DNA of 32,000 bases from Acidothermus cellulolyticus 11B (GTDB taxonomy: Bacteria; Actinomycetota; Actinomycetes; Acidothermales; Acidothermaceae). The position numbers were made by a program, and so were the translations under genes. Where the stretch lies: positions 420,001 through 452,000 of the forward strand of contig NC_008578.1 in the NCBI RefSeq assembly GCF_000015025.1, written 5' to 3'. The first letter of the stretch is position 1; each line of letters opens with the position of its first letter. Below are positions 26,101-32,000 of the stretch, one piece after another. The notes under the pieces were generated by a model, which saw only the letters and a list, made by a program, of their open reading frames with translations, had not been told where the DNA came from and made no database searches.

Positions 26101-27023
26101 TGCGCTCGGCACTTGCCGCTGCGTTTCCCACGCTGGCCGACTCCGAGATCGTATTCTTCGATGCGGTCGACAGCGGTGCCGCCGAGCAGATCCCACCTGC
26201 CGACGTCGCGATCGCCACGCTCTGGCTGACGGCGTACGCGGTCTTGCACGCGCGTAACGTGCGCCGGAAGTTCTACCTCGTGCAGGATTTCGAGCCGATG
26301 TTCTATCCCGCGGGCACGTTGTATGCCGTGGCCGAGGAGACGTACCGGTTCGGCTTGTACGGCCTGTGCAACACCGACAACCTTCGCCGCATGTATGTCG
26401 AGGAGTACGGCGGAAAGGCGATGGCGTTCACTCCGGCGGTGGATCCGGCGGTCTTCCACGCCGTCGGGCGGTCCTGGCGGAGTGAGGACGATCCGGTGAC
26501 CGTGTTCGTCTACGCCCGTCCCGGTCACTGGCGCAATTGCTGGGAAGTCGCGTCGCTCGCGTTGCGGGAGTTGAAGAACCGGCTGGGTGACCGGGTGCGC
26601 ATCGTCACCGCTGGATCGTGGGCCATCGACCCGGCTGCCGCCGACAGCATGCAGCAGCTCGGTCTGCTGAGCTATAAGGGCACCGGGAATCTCTACCGCA
26701 CCTGCGATGTCGGGCTGGCGCTGACGGTCTCCAAGCATCCGTCGTACCTGCCGCTGGAGCTGATGGCCTGCGGCGTTCCGGTGGTCGCCTTCGATAATCC
26801 CTGGGGGTACTGGATTCTTCGCGACGGCGAGAATGCGCTGCTCGCCCGGCGTACCGTCGATGGTCTGGCGGATGCGCTCGAGCGGCTCTGCACCGACCAT
26901 TTGCTGCGCGAGAAGCTCGCGCAGAATGCCCTGGCGACCATCGCCGAGGGGTATACGAACTGGGATCACGCGTTTCGCGACATCTACCGGTATCTGTGCG
27001 ATCCGGAGGCCGGGTCGGCCTGA
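23130..27023 (+). CDS. 1297-aa multidomain glycopolymer synthase: methyltransferase-like domain, coiled-coil linker, degenerate GT2, canonical GT2, C-terminal GT-B (WsaF-like?) domain
   Basis: GTG 23130 overlaps the wzt stop (GTGA). Residues 1-165 are VNLGCRGGYFDGWTNVDAD...LYVGALLEQH (class I MTase-like). A heptad-like charged helix covers about 23802-23940 (LTEAHSALREVQKLRSALIREHERRVLAEQYLEELTERT). GT2-like domain 1 starts about 24267 (FLVCVLAD...LLPDAGD). GT2 domain 2 starts at 24975 (VSIIIPTRHN...VDNGG...VLVFLNDDIEL). The GT-B domain starts about 25950 (INWYIPEIDSPFYGGINTAF...ELMACGVPVVAFD). Confidence 0.8.
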   Translation: MKVNLGCRGGYFDGWTNVDADAGVRADIHLDPLDFLRRYADDIDTLYVGALLEQHPVEYALSLLRLANDRLCPGTVVVAVTHDVKAILRAAVTGALTAAESAAADVSRYVEQPENVSYYDTHSLAALFHRAGFADVTPIGDLDAELSALGVGPVDARWRCAVRGVAVGRRYRSVDAIVEAVTEDTAGETAREAAEPAAEETAGVSRAGVSRAAGGADAGRPLRPEVLTEAHSALREVQKLRSALIREHERRVLAEQYLEELTERTGEDTARRDEPVERVPEVGGREPDTAAAENAAALTWRERAKRFAKTVLPPGSRGRIAALGALHLYREGRTVLRSLRQVAAEAGFARPPSYSRWYRYHDATPHHLRLQRRASERATMPPTFLVCVLADTADRQPIATTIASIRSQSWQHAKLVICAAEPIARALQGVFSDVDVIGAPTVADAVMRAVDGSDRDFVLLPDAGDVLAADCLYRVAQAAWRNPLLDLTYWDDDQLGADGRRHDPLFRPSWSPEMLFSVNYLAQSFAVRRRRIRAIGSLHGDSAEVMRWDLLLRGNFTGEQVERLAHVLGHVRRRVFGVTEAGRQVVQAELARRGLPAAAELDAHGVRLRWQLPEWPTVSIIIPTRHNRRLLSTVLDGLRATDYPSFEVRIVDNGGYSTENEAWYAEQLRGLDAHVTWWTEEPFNYSRVNNAGAADARGDVLVFLNDDIELTDPSWLRELVGWTSVSDIGLVGLQLLDGNGRIQHGGVILGLGGFADHLFQGMAPGTMTMFGHTGWYRNLLSVTGACVAVRREVFRTIGGFDERFILCGSDVALGLDLVEAGYRNICSPYGGVRHLESATRGTDIPRQDFFTSYWRYNTWLFGGDPYFSPNLSLYSREPRLRNPFDPPILKRVSAVLGRELRVFRQKSDASEAAGLAAVSRADDVDVAAVRSLHERNQGHIDVRTINWYIPEIDSPFYGGINTAFRMADYLARRHGVQNRFVVWAKPAEEFMRSALAAAFPTLADSEIVFFDAVDSGAAEQIPPADVAIATLWLTAYAVLHARNVRRKFYLVQDFEPMFYPAGTLYAVAEETYRFGLYGLCNTDNLRRMYVEEYGGKAMAFTPAVDPAVFHAVGRSWRSEDDPVTVFVYARPGHWRNCWEVASLALRELKNRLGDRVRIVTAGSWAIDPAAADSMQQLGLLSYKGTGNLYRTCDVGLALTVSKHPSYLPLELMACGVPVVAFDNPWGYWILRDGENALLARRTVDGLADALERLCTDHLLREKLAQNALATIAEGYTNWDHAFRDIYRYLCDPEAGSA

Positions 27024-27095
27024 GCCCGACCCTGAGCCCGAATGAGCCTGTCCGGGCCGGCCTGGGCAGTGTCCAGCCGGTCACCGAAGATCGGG

Positions 27096-27170
27096 CTCCG
27101 CCGTTGTGACAGCTGACTCCGCCGTTGTGACAGCTGAGACAGTTGTGACCGGTTAAGGGATTTGTGAGAC
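27096..27170 (+). promoter_or_regulatory. Candidate operator/promoter array upstream of the SpoIID gene: 21-nt tandem repeat x2 plus two further TTGTGA boxes
   Basis: ctccgccgttgtgacagctga occurs at 27096-27116 and 27117-27137 and the two copies are identical. Next come gacagttgtgac (27138-27149) and tttgtgagac (27161-27170). TGTGA starts at 27105, 27126, 27144 and 27163, giving spacings of 21, 18 and 19. Confidence 0.45.
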
Positions 27171-27252
27171 ATGCCGAAGTTTCGGCCATGTGGGGGGACC
27201 GCGCCGGTTGACGGGTTACGGTACGGAGGCCGATATCGCGAAGGGAGACGGG

Positions 27253-29901
27253 ATGGCGGAGCGCCACGCGCCGGGCATGGCTCACGACAGATCTCCGGTG
27301 CCGCATCGGAGCTGTTCCGCGCGGAGCCGGTCCGCACAGCTCGGTGGTGGCCGCCGGTGCCTGGCGCGGAACCGGTACCACGTCCTTCGCGCCGCTCTCG
27401 TGGTATTGCTGGCCGCTGGTCTCACTGGCGTCGGGCTCGCTCCCGGTGCACTCCGGGCTGCATCGGCCGAAGAGTTCGTCCCGGTGAGTGCGGACGGAAC
27501 GTTCACCGTCACCGGCCACGGGTACGGCCACGGCATCGGCATGAGCCAGTACGGTGCACTCGGCGCGGCGAAGCAAGGTCTATCCGCCGGCCAGATTCTC
27601 GCCTTCTACTACCCCGGCACCGTCCAGCAGAACGTCGGAAACCCGCAAATCCGGGTGCATCTGACGGCGTATGACGGTACGGGCATCACCGTAGGGACGC
27701 CGCCGGGCCAGCAGCAGATGACGGTGACCGACGTCGCGTCCGGCAAGTCTGCCACGGGTCCCGCGACGATGTACAAGGTGACGGTGGATCCAAGCGCGTT
27801 GCACGTCTGGTATCTGAACCCGTCGACCAAGTCGTGGCAACCGTTTCCCCTCGGCGGCTCCGCGGACACCACCGGCCCAGTGACGTTCGCCACCGGCGCC
27901 GGCGTACGGATCTACTCCGGCGACGGCAGCTCCCGGCAATATCGCGGAACGATGCGCATAACGCGCATCGGCAGCCAGACGATCGCCGCGGTCAATGACG
28001 TCGACCTTCAGTCTTACCTGTACGGCGTCGTGCCCCGGGAAATGCCGGACTGGTGGGGAAGTTCCGCGCCGGCCGCCCTGCAGGCACAGGCGATTGCCGC
28101 CCGCTCCTACGTGCTCGCGGTCGCCAATCCGAGCGCCACCTGGGACATTTGCGATACGGCGGCCTGCCAGGTGTACGGCGGCCAGCAGCTCATCACCGCG
28201 CAGGGCGCGGTGACCAATCTGGAAGGAAGTTACTCCCGCGCCGCTGTCGACGCGACCAGCGGGATCGCGTTGTTCTACAACGGTGCGCCGGCGTTCACCC
28301 AATTCTCGGCGTCCAACGGCGGTCAGGTCGCGCCCGGCAGCAAGCCGTACCTGGTGGCCAAACCCGATCCGTACGACACCGCCGATGTCGACCCGAACGT
28401 CACTTGGACGGTCAAGCTCTCGGCATCGTCGTTGCAGAGCGCGTACCCGCAGGTGGGCACTCTGCAAGGCATCGACGTCGTCTCCCGCGACGGTTACGGT
28501 GATTTCGGCGGCCGCATCACCTCGTTGCAACTTGTCGGCACCGGCGGCACCGTTTCGGTCGGCACGTATCTCGGCCTGAAGTCGAATTACTGGACCGCGC
28601 AGGGTGGCCCGAGCCCGCAGCCGGTCATTCTCAACCGTGGCACGGCGGTCGGCAATTTCGAAGCGGCGACGGCCGCAGGGCCCGGCCTCATTGCGGTGCA
28701 GGGATGGTCCTTCAACAAGGCGAACACGTCGGTCGCGGACTATGTCGACGTGTATGTCGACGGTGTCGGTGCGGGGCGGTTGGTCGCGAATCAGGTTCGG
28801 CCTGATGTGGCACAGGCGTTCAACGGGGCGGGGCCGTATCACGGGTTCTCCGCGGTCGTTGCGTCAACGGGAGGGCCGCATCGGGTCTGCGTGTACGGCA
28901 TCGACGGCGTGACGAATCCACAGCTGGGTTGCCGATCCGTGACGCTGCCGGCGGGTAATCCGCGCGGTAATTTCGAGACGCTGGCGGACGTCGGCACCGG
29001 TGTGCAGCTGAGTGGTTGGGCGCTGGATCCCGATGTGGCCGCCTCGATTGCCGTGCACGCCTATGTGGACCGCACGATAGCCGCCGTCGCGACCGCCGAC
29101 CAGCCGCGGCCCGATGTTGCCGCCGTATTTCCCGGCTACGGGCCGGCGCACGGCTTCTCCCTTGTGCTGCCGGCATTGCAGGGCACGCATAGCTACTGTG
29201 TGTACGGGATAAACGTCGGGATCGGAACGACGAATCCGCAACTGGGCTGCCGCACGATAACCCTCAACCGCAACCCACGCGGCGCCATGACAATCGCCGG
29301 ATACCAGCACGGCACGGTGACGGTGGCCGGGTGGGTGGTCGACCCTGACACGCAGGGACCGATCACCGTGCACGTCTACATCGACGGCAGGTGGGCCGGT
29401 CAGGCGACGGCGAACCTCGATGGTGCGACTGATGCGGCCAATCAGTTCCCCGGTTACGGTACACAGCACGCTTTCTCCGCGTCGCTGCCGCTGAGCGCCG
29501 GGCCGCACCAGATTTGCGTGTACGGCATCAACGTCGGCCAGGGTAACCAGAATCCACTGCTCGGCTGTGCCCTGATGACCGGCGACGGCAATCCGATCGG
29601 TCATCTCGACAACGTTGCGCAGGTGAACGGTGTCTGGACGGCGCAGGGCTGGGCGCTCGATCCGGACGTGACCACTCCCATTCCGGTGGACATTTACGTG
29701 GATCAGCAGAAGGTCGCGCGGGTCATGACCGGATCTCCGCGGCCTGATGTTGCGGTGTACTACGCCGGCTGGGGTTCCGCCACCGGTTTCCAGGCGCCGT
29801 TAACGCTGGCTGGCGGAACGCATAAAATTTGCGCCTATGCCGTCAATCAGCCGGCTGGTAACGTCAGTACCGCGTTAGGCTGCGTCACGATCCGCCTCTG
29901 A
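27253..29901 (+). CDS. Secreted SpoIID/LytB-domain protein (lytic-transglycosylase-type) + 4 copies of the ~105-aa repeat
   Basis: The SpoIID core spans about 27490-28400 (GHGYGHGIGMSQYGALGAA...YRGTMRI...LQSYLYGVVPREMP...ALQAQAIAARSY...CDTAACQVYGG...FSASNGGQ). The hydrophobic signal or anchor is VLRAALVVLLAAGLTGVGLAPGALRAASA. I chose ATG 27253 (GGGAG upstream); ATG 27190 and ATG 27277 are alternatives. Confidence 0.85.
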   Translation: MAERHAPGMAHDRSPVPHRSCSARSRSAQLGGGRRCLARNRYHVLRAALVVLLAAGLTGVGLAPGALRAASAEEFVPVSADGTFTVTGHGYGHGIGMSQYGALGAAKQGLSAGQILAFYYPGTVQQNVGNPQIRVHLTAYDGTGITVGTPPGQQQMTVTDVASGKSATGPATMYKVTVDPSALHVWYLNPSTKSWQPFPLGGSADTTGPVTFATGAGVRIYSGDGSSRQYRGTMRITRIGSQTIAAVNDVDLQSYLYGVVPREMPDWWGSSAPAALQAQAIAARSYVLAVANPSATWDICDTAACQVYGGQQLITAQGAVTNLEGSYSRAAVDATSGIALFYNGAPAFTQFSASNGGQVAPGSKPYLVAKPDPYDTADVDPNVTWTVKLSASSLQSAYPQVGTLQGIDVVSRDGYGDFGGRITSLQLVGTGGTVSVGTYLGLKSNYWTAQGGPSPQPVILNRGTAVGNFEAATAAGPGLIAVQGWSFNKANTSVADYVDVYVDGVGAGRLVANQVRPDVAQAFNGAGPYHGFSAVVASTGGPHRVCVYGIDGVTNPQLGCRSVTLPAGNPRGNFETLADVGTGVQLSGWALDPDVAASIAVHAYVDRTIAAVATADQPRPDVAAVFPGYGPAHGFSLVLPALQGTHSYCVYGINVGIGTTNPQLGCRTITLNRNPRGAMTIAGYQHGTVTVAGWVVDPDTQGPITVHVYIDGRWAGQATANLDGATDAANQFPGYGTQHAFSASLPLSAGPHQICVYGINVGQGNQNPLLGCALMTGDGNPIGHLDNVAQVNGVWTAQGWALDPDVTTPIPVDIYVDQQKVARVMTGSPRPDVAVYYAGWGSATGFQAPLTLAGGTHKICAYAVNQPAGNVSTALGCVTIRL
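28639..29898 (+). repeat. Array of 4 tandem ~105-aa protein repeats (SpoIID protein C-terminus): 28639-28950, 28951-29265, 29266-29580, 29581-29898
   Basis: Same consensus as the amidase array. Copy 2 is canonical (NPRGNFE..GWALDPD..RPDVAAVFPGYGPAHGF..YCVYGINVGIGTTNPQLGC). Copies 1, 3 and 4 each lack some motifs. Confidence 0.9.
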
Positions 29902-29973
29902 ACGGTCCGGCACACCGATGCCGTGTGGCGTGGTCATGCATCACGGATCCGCCGACGGTTGAAGGAGTATGTC

Positions 29974-32000
29974 ATGTTCCACCGGGCTACCCTTCGGCGT
30001 CCCTCCGCGCTTGCCGGGATCGTCGCAACCGTTGCGGGCAGCCTGATCGCAACGGTTGGTCATCCGGCGACCGCGCATGCCGCGACGCCGCAGCGGCAAG
30101 CCTCTGGTTGGATCACCTATTGGCAGACCGGTTCGACGACCCAGGTCGCCAACAACGGGGATCTTTTCTCGGACGTGTCCGTCTTCTGGTTTCACGCGGC
30201 CAGTGCCACGTCGATCGTGCCGTCGGGAAGTACGCCGGACAGCGTGCTGCAATCCACGATCGCTGCTGTACGGTCCCGCGGCGTGCCGGTGACGATTACT
30301 GTGACGGACGGCACCGGCAGCGGTGTGATGGCCTCGATTCTCTCCAATCCGACGACCCGCACGCAGCACGAGCAAGCGCTGCTGGCGCTCGCCACACGTT
30401 ATGGGGCGAGCGGTATTGACCTGGACTACGAAAACATGGCGGTGTACGCCAACTCCAATCCGGCGCTCGTGCAACCGACCCGGACGGGTTTCGATGCGCT
30501 GGTGCAGGAGCTGTCGACGTTGCTGCACCAGCACGGGATGATTCTTGCCGTTGATGTCATGTCGAAGACCAGCGAACCGGGCGCGACCCCGGCCGGCCAG
30601 GTGTACGACTACCCGACAATCGGCCGGTGGGCGGACCGGGTGCGCATCATGACCTACGACCAGCATTCCGCCGGTTCGGCGTACCCGGGCGGGCCGATCA
30701 GCTCGATCTCCTGGGTGCAGACCATCTTGAATTTCGCGGTCACCGTCATCCCGCCGCGGAAGATTTTCATGGGGGTGCCGCTGTATGGCTACGACTGGGC
30801 CAGTACCGGCGGCCGGGCGAAGGCCGTCACCTACCCGCAGGTGGTGAACCTGGTCGCTCAGTATCACGCGACGCCGCGGTGGTCAGCGCCGGACGGGGAA
30901 CCGTATGTCACGTACACGGACGCCAGCGGTGTCCAGCATTCGGTCTGGTACAACGACGCCAATGCGTTGCAGGCGCGGCTTCCGCTGGTCGGCAAGTACG
31001 GGCTCGGCGGGGTTGCCTTCTGGTCGTTCGGCGATGAAGATCCCGGCATCTGGTCGATACTTCGTGCCGCGACATATGGGCCGAATCCGTTCGGCAATTT
31101 CGAACAGGCAGTGCTCTGGCCGGGTGGGGTGCGGTTGACCGGCTGGGCGATCGACCCGAACACGGCGTCGTCCATCAACGTCGACGTGTACGTCGACCGC
31201 GTGATGGTGCAACGCGTTCTGGCGTCTGGAAACAGGCCGGACGTCGGCACCTTCTACTACGTGTACGGCAGCGCGCACGGTTTCGACACGGTGATCCCGC
31301 TGCACGCCGGGACGTACACGATCTGCGTGTATGGCATCAATGTCGGGCTGGGGGATACGAATTCGCAGCTCGGCTGCCGGACGGTGACGATGCCCACGAA
31401 CAATCCGGTTGGCAATTTCGAAGCCGCCGGCGGTGCGTACGGCGTCCTCACCGTCTCCGGTTGGACGCTCGACCCGGACACCGCTGACCCGATTTTCGCC
31501 CACGTATATGTCGACGGACAGTTGCGTACGATCACCCTGGCGAACGGGAACCGGCCGGACGTCGCCGCTGCGTTTCCCGGATGGGGCGCGGCCCACGGAT
31601 TTTCCGCGTCGGTGACCGTGACCGGCGGCACGCACACGGTCTGTGTGTACGGCATCAACGTCGGCTTCGGAACGGTGAATCCGCAGCTGGGGTGCAAGAC
31701 CGTATCGGTGAGTTCCGGCAATCCGGTCGGCAATTTTGAGTCCGTCACCGGCGGGTTGGGGACGCTCACCGTAAGTGGCTGGACGATTGATCCGAATACA
31801 CCGGCGCCGATCGACGTGCACGTGTATGTCGACGGCCGATTCGCCGGCAGCGGAACCGCGAACGCGAATCGGCCGGACGTCGGAGCGGCGTTCCCGTCGT
31901 ACGGTCCGGATCACGGTTTTGCGGTCACCGTGGGTGCGCCGAGCGGAACCCATACGGTCTGTGTGTACGCCATCAATGTCGGCCCGGGTGAAGCGAATCC
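29974..32000 (+). CDS. Secreted glycoside hydrolase family 18-type protein + at least 3 copies of the ~105-aa repeat; the 3' end lies outside the window
   Basis: This ORF is absent from the track because there is no in-window stop; I translated it by hand in frame 1. GAAGGAG lies 6 nt upstream of ATG 29974. The signal peptide is MFHRATLRRPSALAGIVATVAGSLIATVGHPATAHA. The GH18 catalytic motif is YGASGIDLDYE, followed by MTYDQH and GVAFWSFGDED. Confidence 0.85.
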   Translation, partial: MFHRATLRRPSALAGIVATVAGSLIATVGHPATAHAATPQRQASGWITYWQTGSTTQVANNGDLFSDVSVFWFHAASATSIVPSGSTPDSVLQSTIAAVRSRGVPVTITVTDGTGSGVMASILSNPTTRTQHEQALLALATRYGASGIDLDYENMAVYANSNPALVQPTRTGFDALVQELSTLLHQHGMILAVDVMSKTSEPGATPAGQVYDYPTIGRWADRVRIMTYDQHSAGSAYPGGPISSISWVQTILNFAVTVIPPRKIFMGVPLYGYDWASTGGRAKAVTYPQVVNLVAQYHATPRWSAPDGEPYVTYTDASGVQHSVWYNDANALQARLPLVGKYGLGGVAFWSFGDEDPGIWSILRAATYGPNPFGNFEQAVLWPGGVRLTGWAIDPNTASSINVDVYVDRVMVQRVLASGNRPDVGTFYYVYGSAHGFDTVIPLHAGTYTICVYGINVGLGDTNSQLGCRTVTMPTNNPVGNFEAAGGAYGVLTVSGWTLDPDTADPIFAHVYVDGQLRTITLANGNRPDVAAAFPGWGAAHGFSASVTVTGGTHTVCVYGINVGFGTVNPQLGCKTVSVSSGNPVGNFESVTGGLGTLTVSGWTIDPNTPAPIDVHVYVDGRFAGSGTANANRPDVGAAFPSYGPDHGFAVTVGAPSGTHTVCVYAINVGPGEAN
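31081..32000 (+). repeat. Array of at least 3 tandem ~105-aa protein repeats (GH18 protein): 31081-31395, 31396-31710, 31711 to beyond 32000
   Basis: NPFGNFEQ..GWAIDPN..VDVYVDR..NRPDVG; NPVGNFEA..GWTLDPD..AHVYVDG..NRPDVAAAFPGWGAAHGF..VCVYGINVGFGTVNPQLGC; NPVGNFES..GWTIDPN..VHVYVDG..NRPDVGAAFPSYGPDHGF..VCVYAINVG. Confidence 0.9.

Noticed and set aside
27021-27050. TGAGCC repeated three times (tgagcccgaccc tgagcccgaa tgagcc) just after the synthase stop, followed by a GC palindrome ccgggccggcctgg.
   Set aside because: These are short, imperfect and GC-rich, and the palindrome has no loop, so it is not a credible intrinsic terminator. It is probably a chance or slippage feature.
26984-27337. 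Minus-strand ORF encoding SQLSQLSQRRSQLSQRRS.
   Set aside because: The periodic peptide is simply the translation of the 21-nt intergenic tandem repeat, and the ORF spans an intergenic region and the SpoIID gene start. It is better explained as a DNA-level regulatory repeat.
29925-30419. Tracked 164-aa + ORF at the start of the last gene region.
   Set aside because: It is the wrong frame. Frame 1 from ATG 29974 has an RBS, a signal peptide, the GH18 DxDxE motif and the shared repeats, and stays open to the window end, which is why it is missing from the ORF track.
17042-32000. Regular ~315-bp periodicity that might suggest a CRISPR array, satellite or other non-coding repeat array.
   Set aside because: The period is far too long for CRISPR. 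The units are in frame within long ORFs, are conserved at protein level rather than DNA level, and have no spacer-and-repeat structure.
1-32000. Search for mobile elements, prophage or defence genes, toxin-antitoxin pairs, and tRNA or rRNA genes.
   Set aside because: No transposase, integrase or recombinase motifs, no terminal inverted repeats flanking a block, no tRNA-like cloverleaf candidates and no small paired ORFs were seen. All substantial ORFs are accounted for by metabolic or cell-envelope genes.

Overview
High-GC (visually about two-thirds G+C), gene-dense actinobacterial-type chromosome. I saw no rRNA, tRNA, CRISPR, transposase or integrase. The left half (1-15.4 kb) is conserved housekeeping and cell-envelope genes: an acyl-CoA carboxylase beta fragment, a GtrA-family protein, two acyl-CoA dehydrogenases, purK-purE, UDP-glucose dehydrogenase, a hotdog thioesterase, two tandem LCP (LytR-CpsA-Psr) ligases, and rmlA, rmlB and rmlD with an uncharacterised polytopic membrane protein between rmlA and rmlB. 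The right half (15.6-32 kb) is the interesting part. It holds an ABC-transporter-dependent glycopolymer module: two GT-B glycosyltransferases, a Wzm-like permease, a Wzt-like ATPase with a C-terminal glycan-binding-type domain, and a 1297-aa fusion protein (methyltransferase-like domain, coiled coil, two GT2 domains, one GT-B domain). Three secreted peptidoglycan-remodelling-type proteins bracket this module: an Amidase_2 N-acetylmuramoyl-L-alanine amidase, a SpoIID/LytB-domain protein and a GH18 protein. All three end in arrays (4, 4 and at least 3 copies) of one ~105-aa repeat that I cannot assign to a named family. Its consensus is NPxGNFE..GWAxDPD..PIxVHVYVDG..RPDVAAAFPGYGxAHGF..GxHxVCVYGINVGxGxxNPxLGC. 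My main hypothesis is that this repeat is a wall-targeting or glycopolymer-binding module that ties the three hydrolases to the polymer made by the genes between them. The amidase and SpoIID upstream regions share an exact 12-mer and arrays of TGTGA-containing repeats, which suggests co-regulation. Long antisense and off-frame ORFs in the track are GC-driven shadow ORFs. Gene starts were refined by hand from RBS and homology logic and remain uncertain by tens of bases.
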